DNA from: Marsupella aquatica
Lineage: Eukaryota; Plantae; Marchantiophyta
NCBI GenBank assembly: GCA_973895155.1
Contig: OZ316892.1
Span: forward strand, 14,872,861-14,936,860
Direction: 5' to 3'
Length of the DNA: 64,000 nucleotides
Below are positions 39,001 to 52,272 of the stretch, piece after piece (position 1 is the stretch's first letter; each line of letters opens with the position of its first letter). Below the pieces are notes generated by a model that was given only the letters and a program-made list of their open reading frames with translations, had not been told where the DNA came from and made no database searches. A program made the translations under genes and the position numbers.

Positions 39001-42000
39001 ACAAGAACAAGTAGATTTCCATTGAGATCCTTTGGGGTGGCACACAGAGCCAGAATGAAACCTTGCACAAGATTTGTAATTTTATTTTCTGGTCAGAAAT
39101 ATATTAGCAGTTGCCCCCTCTTCTTGGCTTTTTAGCTTGTGATTTTACAATATGTTGTGCAGAATGTCCTATAATAACTTGGGTAAGAGGTGTTAATTGA
39201 TTTAAAACCCTGGGCTTGCAGGGTTGGATGGGAATCTCTGCAGCATCAAGTGCACTCGGACTACTCCTTACTCGTCTATGCACCAATTCAAGAATTCTCT
39301 ATGGGATGGCTCTTGTAGAGCAGGTGGCTCTCAAATTAGAGGACCATGCCATGAATGTTTCCTCGGAAATGAATTATACTTCCAATGCAAATATGTACCC
39401 TTGACATGGTCTTGCTCTTGTACTCAACCTGAAGTATGTTTTGCAATGCACTTGAGATCTCTAAAGAATGGCAAGGCATAGCCTATTCGTCACAAAGTCT
39501 TGTAAACAATGCTAAGGCTACAGTAGTTTCAAAACAAATATTTGATTAAATGAAGATTACATTGGTCATTGATATCTAGACCACCATCCAAATAGACTCA
39601 TATAATACTTACCTTAAATTGGTTTGCACAAGTTGATTATGTTTGGCACTGATTGATTACTGAAGTGAAGGCTAACCTTCCTACATACTATGTCTTCAAT
39701 TTTTGCTGCCCAGTCTGATGTCACACCTGTCACTAAGAGTTCAGTAAGTTCATGATCAACCTGAGAGATACCAAATTGCATGCATCCCAGCACAATGGAG
39801 CTCTCTTGACAAGTCTTCCAAACTTTTGACACTAGAAAACAACAAATCCTTGAAGGGCGATTAGGTCACAACTCCTTCTGGATAATTTAGGATTTTCCTA
39901 AAGTACCCTCAAGTTGTGCCCTACTAACATGATGGCATTTCTCAAGTACAATTTCTTAAAATCCCTTTAGTTTAACTGTAAGCCAACTAAGTACTGCAAT
40001 TGTCATCTTAGCACATGTGATCTTCCATGAGTTGAATTATTTGACTCTGGAGATTGTACAGAGATCATTCTTGTTTTGGACTGGAGAATATAAATTCATG
40101 TGCACTTTCAGCTTTAATAACCACATTGGGTACATTACTCCTGATCATAGCCGTGATCTATCCATGTTATGTTCATGAAATGAAAATGAATAGCAATTAC
40201 TAATAAACCTGACAATACGGGACTATAATGGAAGGAAATTAATATCTTTATATAACCAAACCAAGATTACTTGTTAATCAGACTTACCTTGAGGGTTAGT
40301 AGGGTTTTATGAGCATAAAAGTAAAACCAAGCTTATTTGGGGTTTTCCAGAAATGAGTGTCTCTATCGCTTTTTGGTGTTGACATTTCTATTACTACTAT
40401 CAAACAAATATCTTTTGGGGAACACTTTTTGCTTTAGTAAGATATTTACCGACTAACTCTTGGCATTGCATAAGTGGGACTTCAACTTCTTAAATTATAC
40501 ATAAATTTATGGTTTGTGCATGCCTGGTGTTAAGGTTCCACCTGTGTTTTCCAAGATTCATCCTACGTATGCTACTCCTTGGATGGCTATCCTTGCAACC
40601 TCACTTTGCACATTGCTATTAACGGGCTTCAACTTTTACTCCCTTGCTGAGGTAAAATATGTACAGCTACCTTATTAAGGTCAATATTAACTTTATAATA
40701 GTCTAGCAATGATTGCATCTGTCTCCAAAATTTTTAATAGCAAAGGATGGCTCATTGAAGTCAATAGAAACTCTCCAAACAAACAAATGGTTAGAGCCTG
40801 TTTGGTCACTTGAGTAGTGTCTACGTTGGCTAGATCTTAAGAAACAAGCAATTGGAACACTTTGAGCCTTAAGCTCGGATGGGATCCCAAAAGCTCTTTA
40901 TATGAAGTTGAGCTTTACCATTTTAGCAAAAATGCTGGTTTTCATTGCATTTGGTAATCTCACTTTTTCTGTGTGCATGAAGAACAATTAGGAGTTTTGA
41001 AGGCATGTAGCATTAGCCTGATGAACCTGAACAAACAAGTTTTTTTGCCCAAGTAGTCACTTAGATGTTTTTAACACGGAATGCCATTGTAGATGTACTT
41101 CAGAGAGTAGAAAGAAAGAAAAAATCTAGGCTGCTCAATTTAATTTGGCTCCAAAATATTAAAAACCTAGCTATTAGTCAACTTTTGGTGCAAACTTTTA
41201 ATGAAGTGGATTCAAGGTTGATCTGCTTACATACTTATGTATGTGATTGACTACTCAGGCAGACATGTTGTTCTACGCCTTTTCAACTATACTCAAATTT
41301 GCTGCACTTGTTCAACTAAGATTCACAGAACCTGATGCCTTCCGTCCCTATCAAATCCCAATGGAAACTTACCCTCTTGCAGGTAGGCTCTCAGTCAAGT
41401 CTATGGGATTTTCTCCAACCCAAGTTTTTGAGATTACTTGTGCTTTTGAAGGCTTACACATGACATTTGTCTGTTATATCTCATGAGAACCTTTTGTACT
41501 ATTTCTTTGCAGCTTGTTCAATCATTCCAATAGGGTTGTGCATCTCCATGATTTTGTTGTCTTCCGAGCGCGCCCATGGAATTGTGCTCGCAGGTATTAC
41601 ATTGCGCCCAATAAATTTCCTTCACTTTAATATCAATATAACAAGCTAAGATTGATGGATGGAGGTTCTACAAAACTGTTTACCTCTTATCAATACACAT
41701 ACACTTTAACTCTCAAATGTCTACATACAGACTAAAATAACTACAATACTTGATGTGTGCAATGCAGGGAATATGGGAAGCGCTAATGTCACTTTAATAA
41801 ATACAATATCCTAGTGATTTTGTCAAACTGAAGCTCCCATGGACCACCACTTCTGGCAATGTGCTTAGATGGACTAATGCAATCCACATGGATCACTATG
41901 AAACATTCTATGTTACTCAGAAAGCAGTTTTTCATTGTATGAATGCTCGTTTTCTTGGGTGTCACATAGTGTCACTCCAATAAATAACATCCTATTGATT

Positions 42001-42837
42001 TTGGGGGACCTAAGCTCCTATAGTCCATCATGTTTGATAAGATTCTCTGATGGACCTTTGAAACCTACATGAATCATCCCAAAACATTACTTGTTCCTCG
42101 GATAGCTTTCTTCCATTGTATAGATTCTCATTGTTTTTGTTGTTAAAAAAGTGACTAGTCCATTGGTGTCTCAAATTTAGCGACCCATTAGGGCGTGTCA
42201 AAGCAAGTCTTATGTATGTCTTGGATGCCTGATCTTTAATGAGAGCACATATATAGGTAGCACATAAGGACGTCTGATCTTTACTGAGGGCACATATATA
42301 GGTAGCACATAAGGACGTCTGATCTTTACTGAGGGCACATATATATATGTAGCACATAAGGATTTTGTCCTGGCCATAAAAAAATCTTGTGGTTTTGGTG
42401 GTTCAACACTTAGGGCCCTTGGTTGATACGCCCTAGCTGTTACAGCATCCACATGGAAAGTTTGGACACAATTCTAGGAAACCATTGTTAGAGGACTTGA
42501 ATCCTTCAGTCTGCAACAAAAGGGCTGATTTCAGATTAATTGCTGTGCAGGGGCAACAGTTGCGATATTGTGTTTTATAGTCAAGGAGATTTACAATCAA
42601 TATGGGTCAGAAGCTGAGGAAGCCATGAACAATCGCCTACAACAAATCCAGCATAACATGAACAACATGCAAAGGCGGATTGACAAAGTGGTTGCAGAAG
42701 ACTTTGCAGCTCCTTTGAGTAACCTCGGCCAATCAATTCACCTTAGTCCACGATTGGGTGCAATGAGACAAGATAAACGGGAGATATTTCCGAGAGAAAA
42801 TGACATGGAACGAGGTAGTGACAGAGGCTTTGACTAG
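36011..42837 (+). CDS. APC-superfamily polyamine uptake/LAT-type transporter (PUT/RMV1-like), ~747 aa, 9 exons
   Basis: Exons 36011-36784, 37411-37789, 38137-38311, 38574-38778, 39222-39323, 40535-40651, 41259-41382, 41513-41593, 42551-42837 (2244 nt, in frame). Motifs: VSGGPYGFEPAV, FPVLWSAPLAYMTAEL, PESGGHVLWVYRAFGPFW, DNAMYPVLF, YATPW, LRFTEPDAFRPYQIP. The start codon is less certain. Confidence 0.9.
42229..42362. repeat. Tandem repeat, ~44-46 bp x3, in the last intron of the transporter gene
   Basis: CTGATCTTTAxTGAGxGCACATATATAGGTAGCACATAAGGA repeated three times. Confidence 0.85.
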
Positions 42838-44687
42838 ACCTGCAAGTGTATCTCCCTCACCTAGAAACCACCTGTAGTGGGTATTGTGTTTGTCAGTGAA
42901 AGCTCCAATGCAATAATAAATCTTGAGAAACTCTTGGAATTTCATGTTTCTATAAGAATTGTTCAGAACACAACGAGAAGTGATGCATCTTGAGGTTAAG
43001 TGGACTAGTCAAGTCACAACCCCAAAGGGCAGTTGGATTGTGCTGCAAAGGAGAATGACTACCGCATTTTTTGTTCAATGACAAAACCTGGAATTATCCA
43101 CAAAGCTTCCAGACACAATCTCTCTGGTCAACCGAGGTACATCACCTTGTTGGACGCTAAACCTGGTACTGAGATACAAAATTGGTCAAATGCAAGGTAG
43201 ATCCGACAAATGTTTGGCACTCCTCACTGATTGTAGAGAACTACAACCCTCCCAGGGTAATTATTACTCTAAAAAGGAATTATGGACATGAAATTCAAAG
43301 AACTGTACTGCAGCTATCCATTGCCATATGATCTCACTACTTTCACAAGAAAGAAATAGCAAGACCTCTGTTTGCCTCTACCACTAGGGCATATTTGAAT
43401 TACACCACAATGAATCTTCTTCAGCTACACTCTGGGATTGGTCACCCATGCATTTTTGGAATTGGTATAATTACTCGCTTGGGTAGTGACCAGCCATTGT
43501 TTTGTGGACAATTTTTTTCCAAAACTTACCTTGAAAGGGGCTGGCTAGCTAATGATACTTGGCTAAATTCTGGAAAAAATGACAGTTGTTCACCACATCA
43601 AGATCAAGGGCTGGCATCATTTGCTAGCAAGCCCTAGGCAAGATAAGGGTTGTTTGTCTCCTGCTCATTCCATGCAGTGTACATATCGCCAGCCAATGAC
43701 AATAAGCTAGCGGAGTTTTCCCAAGAATGAGCTAGCGGAGCCAAGAAATTTTCCCAATAAGTTAATTTCTCAGTTTCTATTAAAGAGAGCAACTATTCAA
43801 GTTGCCTTTGTCACCTGAATGCTGCTAAACTTTGGGATTAGCTAGCTAATTTACTCTTGACCAGAGATTATTAGCCAGTTGGCTGTAACCCAAAGCACAT
43901 GTAGTAGCCAACTTTCCTTACTCCATAGACCAGTAGGGAGCCACCTTGGCAACTTTTTTAATACAGAAAAAATGGCATTCCAAATTATTCCTTGAAATTT
44001 TTTACAACACTTTAATTAGTCATGCTTGCAGAATTCTGGGCTATATTGATGGATAGTACTATTTAAGAAAATAAAATTGGAGGGGGGCGCAGAGATCTGT
44101 GATGGATAGCACTAATTAAAACCATTAGTACAACAAGGATTTTTCTCGTTTGGGCTCAGCAGTCAGTGGGGTCTGCAATGGGTTCCCTCTCTGCTAGACG
44201 GGTTGTACAACATTTGGCTCCGTCAAAGATCACCATTGTCAAAAGGGAAGGTTGCGGTGACGACGCATCAGAAAAGGAGAACATCATGAATTGTAGCCTC
44301 TACTCTCTGATTGAAACTCATTACCAAAAGTCCAATAACAGTCTGGCAAATGCTTAGGAGTCGGTTGTTGGTACGGCAGACAAGATGAAAAGCGTTCTCC
44401 AAGCAAGAAAGCGATTATTGAACGATCAGACACTGCTTAGGAAAACCCAATAAGCAAGAAATCTAAGGATGAGTCTGATGCCACTGTGTGCTTTAATACC
44501 AATCGAGATACCAATGCGTAGTAGGCATGGCGTCAGCTAGCTCTTGACTTTCACAGTAAAGATTACAAACTCATTTGGATTTTAGGGGTCAATCCGTCAG
44601 GATGACAAAGTTCTTCAATTGCAGAGTTCCACAATTTGAACACAATCTATTTGAAATCCCTCTTCATTATTAAGAGCAGGTTCTGCA

Positions 44688-44940
44688 TTTGTGAGGCCAG
44701 GCATGAAATCTTTACTTTCACGAGTGAAGATTTTATCAATTTTAAAACGTCTGGCGGATACTTAAAAGGAGGTTCTAAGAAGTGGCTTTGCAGTTTTGAA
44801 GAGGTGTCATATGTTTGTGAGGCTGGGCATGAAATATTTACTTTCACGAGTGAAGATTTCATCAATTTTAGAACGTCTGGCGGATATTTAAAAGGAGGTT
44901 CTAAGGAGTAACTTTTGCAGTTTTGAAGAGGTGTCATATG
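44688..44940. repeat. Tandem duplication, ~126 bp x2
   Basis: TTTGTGAGGC..GGCATGAAAT.TTTACTTTCACGAGTGAAGATTT at 44688 and 44814. Confidence 0.85.
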
Positions 44941-46485
44941 TATAGTAAACTTTTCCTGATTCATCTGCAAGCATCTGGCTAAGTAGCTATCTGTGGGTTC
45001 GTCTGTGCGTCTATTGATGGGAGCCTCATTTTATCTATAAAGTGCCATCAATTGGAATTGTACTCTTTGGTGCATTGATTCTAATCACCATCAGCAAACT
45101 CAATGAGCAAGGACTGGTAAGACTAGGGATCAAGCTTGAATGTTTTGGATTGAAAACAGATGAATTTGAAGGACAACAATCACAATTTCTAGGACAACCT
45201 GATTTCGGGTGAGCACTCCAAACGTATGTCGCTTGACGGCCTGGTATTTCAGCAACAGTATTGAGAAGAACCAGAATAGGTGCTTGTCAAACTCTCCAAC
45301 GCACCATACTAACAAACTACGAAGAGCGAGGATAGCTGGTTTGGGAGCCTAGAAGGAACCTTACTGCAGACCAGGTTCCGAAACAAGAGGAAACGAGCAG
45401 GTGGAAAGTTCATCGAGATGTTTCCATCTTCAGGCTTGGGAGTAAATGGCAGTATGTTAAGAAGAAAGGTGAACATTTGATTGACATGTTCTCATCTAGA
45501 ACACCTAACACATAGTCCACGCAGATTCAAGAAGATGGTCATCTTCATCAGGTGCCTTGCTTCACTAATATCATGCAAAGGAAGCTATTGTGCGTCAATC
45601 ATTCACTCAATTCTAGTGTAGGTCTGCAGTTAGGTTCCTTCTGGGTTCAAATGCAAATTGACCTTCCGTCTCAAATAGGACTCACTGAATTCCTAATGTT
45701 ACCATTGAGCTTTGTCTCAAATAGCACTCCCTGAATTCCTCTCTCACCAATGTCTGCCTTAATTCATCATTCTGCAAAGGGCTCATTCATAATCTTAGTG
45801 GTCGAAGAATGTCTGAGAGTCTGGACATCATTGGTATCAACACAGGTCAGTCCAAGACATTCATATCTACTTAGTGACTTAAATGTATCACCCTCTCGAT
45901 TTGCCCATGATTATGTTTAATATAAGCCACTTAACCAGGTTTAAACTCCCTTTGAAGATGTACGAAAATGGATGGCAGTTTAGCGATAGCATGAGGCCGA
46001 CAGAGTTCTGTCAAAAAAAGTCAAAACCTGCACTGAAGAGTGGATGATGCTTTCGAATACGTTTAATGTTTTCCCATATTTTATGCTCTTGTTTGGCTTG
46101 AGTGTGCAGAGAACATCTAGTTTTGTGGGGCTTCATGCTATCCGTAACTTGTGGGGCAGGTTACGGATAGCATGAAGCTATCAAAGTTTTGATAAAGGTC
46201 ACTGAAGGGTGTATGATTTGCACTGAAGGGTGTATGATGTTTCCCGTATATGTTTGGCCTTATATATACACAGAACATCAAGGTTTGTGGGGCATAGTAT
46301 TTGATGATTATGTCCAGGTAAATTCACAGGGTAGTCTACTCTGCACATTATGAAATTACGGAAACCAGGTTTCGATGCTAGCATTGACCCCGAATAGTGT
46401 TCCTTTTTTCATCCCATCATCTTTGACATGGTCCTTATTGAGTGTGGATTTAGGGTTACTCAGGGGATCGTAGCAGGATATTGCC

Positions 46486-46540
46486 GTTGGAAGTGTTCTG
46501 TGCTTACTTGACGTACTTGTAAGCACAGAACACTTCCAAC
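46486..46540. repeat. Perfect 22-bp inverted repeat with an 11-nt loop
   Basis: GTTGGAAGTGTTCTGTGCTTAC (46486-46507) and GTAAGCACAGAACACTTCCAAC (46519-46540). Confidence 0.9.
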
Positions 46541-47618
46541 TTGTACATTCAATACATTGTATGATCTGAACAATTCAAATATTGAATGTAAATGTGGTCA
46601 TCTAATTGGAAATTTCTACGACGAGGGGATCATTCTGACTGTTTTCAATTTAGACTCTCTACGAGCACGACATGACTGGCGTCAATTAGTCTAGTTGGGC
46701 TGGCGGCTTCTCATTTGAGTCCAAGAGAGACGTCAATAAACGTAGGTGGGTAAGTGAGTTCTTTAAAGTTCGAATTGAGGTCGACACATGAAATGGTCGC
46801 CTAGAAACATTTCGAAGCTAAGTAATGAAGAAAAAACAACCAAATATAGGGTTATGAAGTTTCCGACTTCAAAGGCTCGGGTGGATTCTATTACCACAAT
46901 GTGACACAGGAGTTCTAGTAAAATCCAAGGCTTCTACATTCATGTTTGTGAAAGGCACCGACAACGGCATTTCAGATGGGAAGTGGGTGCGGCGAAGAAC
47001 ATAAATCGCCTTGCCACGAAATTTCGCACAAAAAATAACCACTCGGCACTTCCACGGCTCGGCGAATCTTATAATGTTCCAGACCATTAACTCTGGACGA
47101 AGGATACAGTATGGCAGATTGTTAAAACTCAAAATAAAAGCCGCATAGCATCGGAATGGGTTTCCAAGTATGTATTTACAAATCTCCATCTATTCCGAAA
47201 CTTAGGCCATTCTTGACGTTAGGAACCCCTCCAAACTAGAGAAAATATCCAAGTGATCGATTTGTGTTTCCTTGAGAGGCTCTACATCAGAACTGACTTC
47301 TGTCCCAAGACAGAAGTGCTGGGGACATTTATAAGTTAATTCCTGGGGACACCACAGACCAGCAAAATACCCTTCGGAAAGACGAGCAAGCACTCGGCGA
47401 AAATGGAATTCAATCTAGCTCAAGGCAACCCAACAACCTTTCTATATCCAACAATTTCCCAAAAGCTAGATGTATCCAAGCCTGTGGCGAAAAAAATTGA
47501 CCTTCCACACTGCTAGAGAGCATCGTCCTTACATGCTAGGTATCCTGGCTCAACTTGGAAGCAACAGAGAGACGTAGCGTACACTGCGGATTAGCCCTCC
47601 TGCAAAACGGACTACCAC

Positions 47619-50600
47619 CTATAACATCTGCTGAGAATCGAACAAACTAGACTCAAAAGGTCTCAATGCAGAAAACTCAGCAAATTGCCCATGAGACTGA
47701 GGAGAGGGTAATTGCATGAGGTCAATAGTGGGGCGCTGGGAAGAAGAGGAGCCCTGTAAGCCACGAAACTCGGACTGTCCTTGCATTACCGCTAGCATGG
47801 TATGACTTTCAAAGCTTCCCACCATACCCAAACCTGACAAAATACCCTGATGCTGCTCCCTACTTTCCCCCTGATTACCGGGCGAGACAACTATGTCTCT
47901 GGGTGAATGGGGCTGGTGGCGAAACAGCTTTTCGACGGTTCCAGGTGCCGATGCATGATAGTGAGATTGTAGGCCTCTTGGAGAAAATGAGGTTCTTGTG
48001 TTATCCGAAATGAGCTGCTCCAGCGTCACGTCCGACTGTGTGGAGACAGCCAACGACACCGAGCCTGAGGCACCCCCTCTGGAGCCCCATGCCTGCGATG
48101 ACAGAAGAGAGAGAGCACGCCCAGAGTCTGATATTCCAGATACACTTGGTGAGGTTGGACCATCCAGGCCAGCCAGTACACTAGCTGGGCCAGAGGAAGA
48201 TGAAAGAGTTAGGCCAGGCCCCGCTGAACCTGAACCGTCTACTGCATAATGATGCCCGGCACCAGCAATTTGCCTTTTGGGGCTCTGTAAAAACATGAGC
48301 ACTCTATCTGTAGCTGAGGAGAGAAAGGGCTGTCTCTCTCCACATACTACTTGTGACTGGCATGCCAGCCCCGTAGAATCGTCAGCCCTCCCAAGGCCTG
48401 GCCATGGTCCTTTGCCTTGATTTAACTTGAAATTGTTACCGCCCAAAGAGCCTGACTGATCATCAGAGTCTATCGATGTAGAAGAAGATCCAGGTGTCCT
48501 TTGCATTGGAATGAAGCAACCCTGCTCTATCAACCCATTAGAGCCTCGCTTACTCTCTGCAACGTCATCAGCAATCAAGGTGAGAGGTAGTAAGTCAGTT
48601 TCAGGATCCACTCAGTCTCACCGTGACGGGTCCCAACACATTCACCACTGCAATCCGTGCTGAAAAGAAAGCACACTCGAAAATGCTAGAAGAACATTCG
48701 ATCTCTATGCATCTGTTCTTTATTGGCTAGCTGATCGGGAGAAAAGAAAACAGCATTCAGACATAACATAACTATAAAGTTGGCATACAAGAGTCACAGA
48801 ACAGACCAAACACTGGCATACCAGGCATGCATGTGAAGGACGACATTTTGGCTGCAACTGTGAGATAGCTCAAGTCGGCTTTATTTTCTTTCGAACAAAA
48901 ACAAACTAATCTCAGTACCCAAGGAGCTTCACAGAAGGGGCCAACCAACCAGAAAAGCTCAATGGCTAGGACCCGATATAGTCTAACAGCTATGCTGTGG
49001 GCTGGCTCTAGAAGCTGTGGGAGACACTTTCACAATAACATCTGTGATCGAACTACACGCGCCCATTCGACAAAGCAGCTACGCTTCCAACCAGAAAGAA
49101 TTTCTGAGAGATCTGTAATTCGTCCGACAGAAAGTTGGCGCGGGTAGCGGACTATGAAGTCAATTCAACCTCGTACTTACCAGCCATTGCATAGTGGCAT
49201 CTTCTGAAGAAGAAACTTGTACAAAATTGGAGGGGGAAGACAGAATATGTTCGTACAAAATTTCCCCACTCCCTGATCAGTTTTCTCGAGTACAGTCACA
49301 TATAAGAACAAAGCACCAACTAGCAAGATACATACGATAGGCGCACAGCCGACAGGAGTTCGCATCCACAATTTACAGTTACTGTGAGAGCTCGGGCACA
49401 ACACAGATAGCCTCGGAGAATCGAGGAAGTGAAGCACAAGCGTCCAACCTCTACCGTAGACCTTATCTCGACTAACAATTTGGAGTGATGAAACAACCCG
49501 CATGTGGAATGATAACAACACCGCTGATAAAAACCCGAACAAGCAATAGATGGTTAGTAAAAATAATCACCTTCGCCGTTGACACTGCTTGCATGTGAAC
49601 CGCCTTCGTTTTGGAAAACCGTAGAGCTCCCAGTAGAAACTATGGCAGCAGGCTCTGGCTGTGGCTTGCGACGGCGCTCGTTATGTCCAGCCAGTCTTCT
49701 CCTACAACTCCTTTTCCCTTCGTCAAACTCTGTCAACACATGAAAACTGGATCCCAGATCAAACAGTCAATTAAAAATACCAATTCAGGGAACAATGTAA
49801 GACAAGCAGCTCAACTCAAGCACAAAGGTGCGATTAGATATGCACTGACGGTTTTGCCGATAGCTAGGCCTCATCCTCTCGAAAGCAACCCTCGTAATGA
49901 CATTCCAGAGCACCCCGAGGTTCTTGACTACATGTGGAGGACATTCAACTAATCTTAACCGGTGCTGCTTACGATTTCTTTAAAGAATCACGAGCTCATG
50001 GGGAAGCTGAGCGTTGGGCTTCCCGCCTACTCTCAAACAGAGAACATGATTCTCTGGAAAAACACAGCTAGTTATGCATAAAATTTCTCACGGCATGCGA
50101 GGAAACTCAACGATAACGTCCTAGACCATGCGCCCTTATCTGCGACTATCATATTTGCAGAGTCGTGAGTGTATACGTCGAAACCTAGGTTCGCTCAGTA
50201 CGGCTGGCAGGCGTGCAATCAGTTGTACTCACCGTGATAAATCCGCAACATTGAGAGCCAGAGATACGGGTCTACGGCACAAGAGAGGGAGAGAGTACGC
50301 CTCGAAGTCACCTAGTTGACTACTGACCCTGCTATGTACCGTAGAAAGGTTCCCCTAATTGTAATAGCAGAGGAGAACATCGTCACCCAAAGTAGTAAGT
50401 GCCGCTACAAATCGCATTCAATTCCGGGTACGTCTGAAGGATGGAAGAGTTATCAGGTACAATATCCATGGTCGGGATCTGACAAGTTATAACGCATCGT
50501 GCCAGAGCAAGGGTTCCGACGGACTGGGGACTGGATAATGTTTAGTGTCTACAGAAAACATTCATATCAATCAGGACCCTGCTCAGTCGGAGATACTGCT

Positions 50601-52272
50601 CGACAGAAACCCTCGAACTCAATGGCTATTCTCAAATTACGGGCAAGACAATACTGACCGATGCACACCGCAGAGGACGACGTTCCTAGACGAACTGCCT
50701 GCCTCTGGTCACTTTGATACGACCGCCCTAAACCGAGCTTAGTTTCTCTAATCTTGTCAACTGGAACATTGCACGACCAAGTCTCCCTGGTCTTATAGAT
50801 CACGACGACCCCAACCAGCGACGACGACCACAAGAGACTGAACGAAGTCAAAATTCCAAGCTTTTGCCCTCGGCACAAGCCACAATATTGCAGTCACAAC
50901 ACGGGGGGAGCTCCCGGACATCGTCAAAACGACGACAGTAGTCGAAACACACTTCCTCTAATAAAAATAAGAGTACGCGTGTTCAAAGGGGAAAGTAGCT
51001 GGTCGGAGAGGGAAACAGGCAATAGAATGGAGGGGTATCTAAAACTGTTATTGACAGGCGGCCATGAATAACAAAACTGCAGAGAACAGCCATGCAGGTG
51101 CTAGGTCCGAGGCTGCGAAACCTAACAAACAAGTGTGGAGGAATCAGACGGTCCCCAGTAAGAACAAGTGAAACACAGCATAAACAACAACATCAAAAAA
51201 CTATCATGAGACTAATATGAGACAACAATTGGTTGGATAGGCACCGGCTGCATTGCTGACAGAAGCGTTGTTCAAATCCTGCGGCCATGACTTTAGCCGC
51301 TTTAGAGTGAAGCTCGCATACTTTGTGCCTGCGATGGTAATCTTTGGACGCCGACAGGTCTTGCTTGCAACCTTCTACTTGGCACCTAGGTACTTGGATT
51401 CCCGGAGACTGCACTCGTTGTTTCTTCCCCGGAGGACATACGGCAAACACGGCTGGGCCAGCACCACGACCGCCTCCGCCAGAATCTTCAAAGTAAGTGC
51501 GCCTCCCCAGCTTCAGACCCATAAGAGAGTCAGTCCCTCCTACATTCACTCTACCACCACCATTGCTATACTCTTGCACATTGTTCTTCCGCCGTTCCCC
51601 CGTTTCTCCCAGCCCCAAAGCTAGCCTGCGCTGCTGCTCGGAGCTAAATACGGAACCTGAGGTTGAAAACCTCTGCTCCACCCCAGCTGCTACATTTCCC
51701 AACCTCCTAGTCTCCGGAACAGCACTCTCGTTATTCGTAATTAGGGAACCCCCCCGGTTCCCTGAAGAAGCGACCGTAATCCCTACCGAGACGCTCTCGG
51801 AGCTCTGACCACCGCTGGAACCGAAAGAGACTGTCATCGAGGCATCCCCGCGACGACCGGGAAACACAGCACCGCTCACCTGGTCCCAATCCCACGAAGA
51901 CCCCTTCACATCCCATTCCACTGATCTCCCCCCGTTGTAATCCGGCGGTGTACCTCCTTCCATGCTTTCCGCAATGCTGCGAGCATGTTCCCAACTTGGA
52001 GTCGAACCCCACCCTCCACCGTGCGGAGACTCCGACTGTCCTCCCAATGCTGCATGCTGGTGTTGTGCGGCCATCGCCGTATGATGCCGAGGTTGTGCCC
52101 CCGGTAGTTGTTGCTCCTGCTGCTGAGCCACCGAACTCCGCGCGTTCCCGTTCCCTTTCAATGCCCTCGACGGCGACGATTGACAACTTTCCCCCGTTCC
52201 TTGCGACGACACTTTCATTCCAATATCCTCAGTCGTTGCTTCAGCTATACTAGAGCTTTTCCCGTCCTCCAT
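47619..52272 (-). CDS. SPL: SQUAMOSA promoter-binding-like (SBP-box) transcription factor, miR156/529-targeted clade (MpSPL2-like), ~713 aa, 3 coding exons
   Basis: Exons 52272-51245, 49746-49571, 48556-47619 (2142 nt). SBP domain [30 protein letters not shown]...[38 protein letters not shown], upstream [10 protein letters not shown] motif, and ALSLLS encoded by the miRNA site. The exon 3 acceptor was chosen by phase. Confidence 0.95.
48099..48122 (-). promoter_or_regulatory. miR156/miR529 target site in the SPL coding sequence
   Basis: mRNA sense GTGCTCTCTCTCTTCTGTCA (48118-48099) is the canonical miR156 element. The 5' extension GGGC gives the overlapping miR529-type site. Confidence 0.95.

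Noticed and set aside
44100-45800. Possible decayed transposase or gene between the transporter and SPL
   Set aside because: No motif, terminus or TSD could be identified with confidence; only the 126-bp duplication is supported.
48099-48118. Plus strand reads like mature miR156, suggesting a MIR156 gene
   Set aside because: It is the complement of the target site within the SPL coding sequence, and no miRNA* arm or foldback was seen nearby.
48557-48611. ORF-track start (MDPETDLL...) as the beginning of the last SPL exon
   Set aside because: GTG start directly after an in-frame TGA with a poor acceptor context; TTGCAG at 48557 gives the correct phase.
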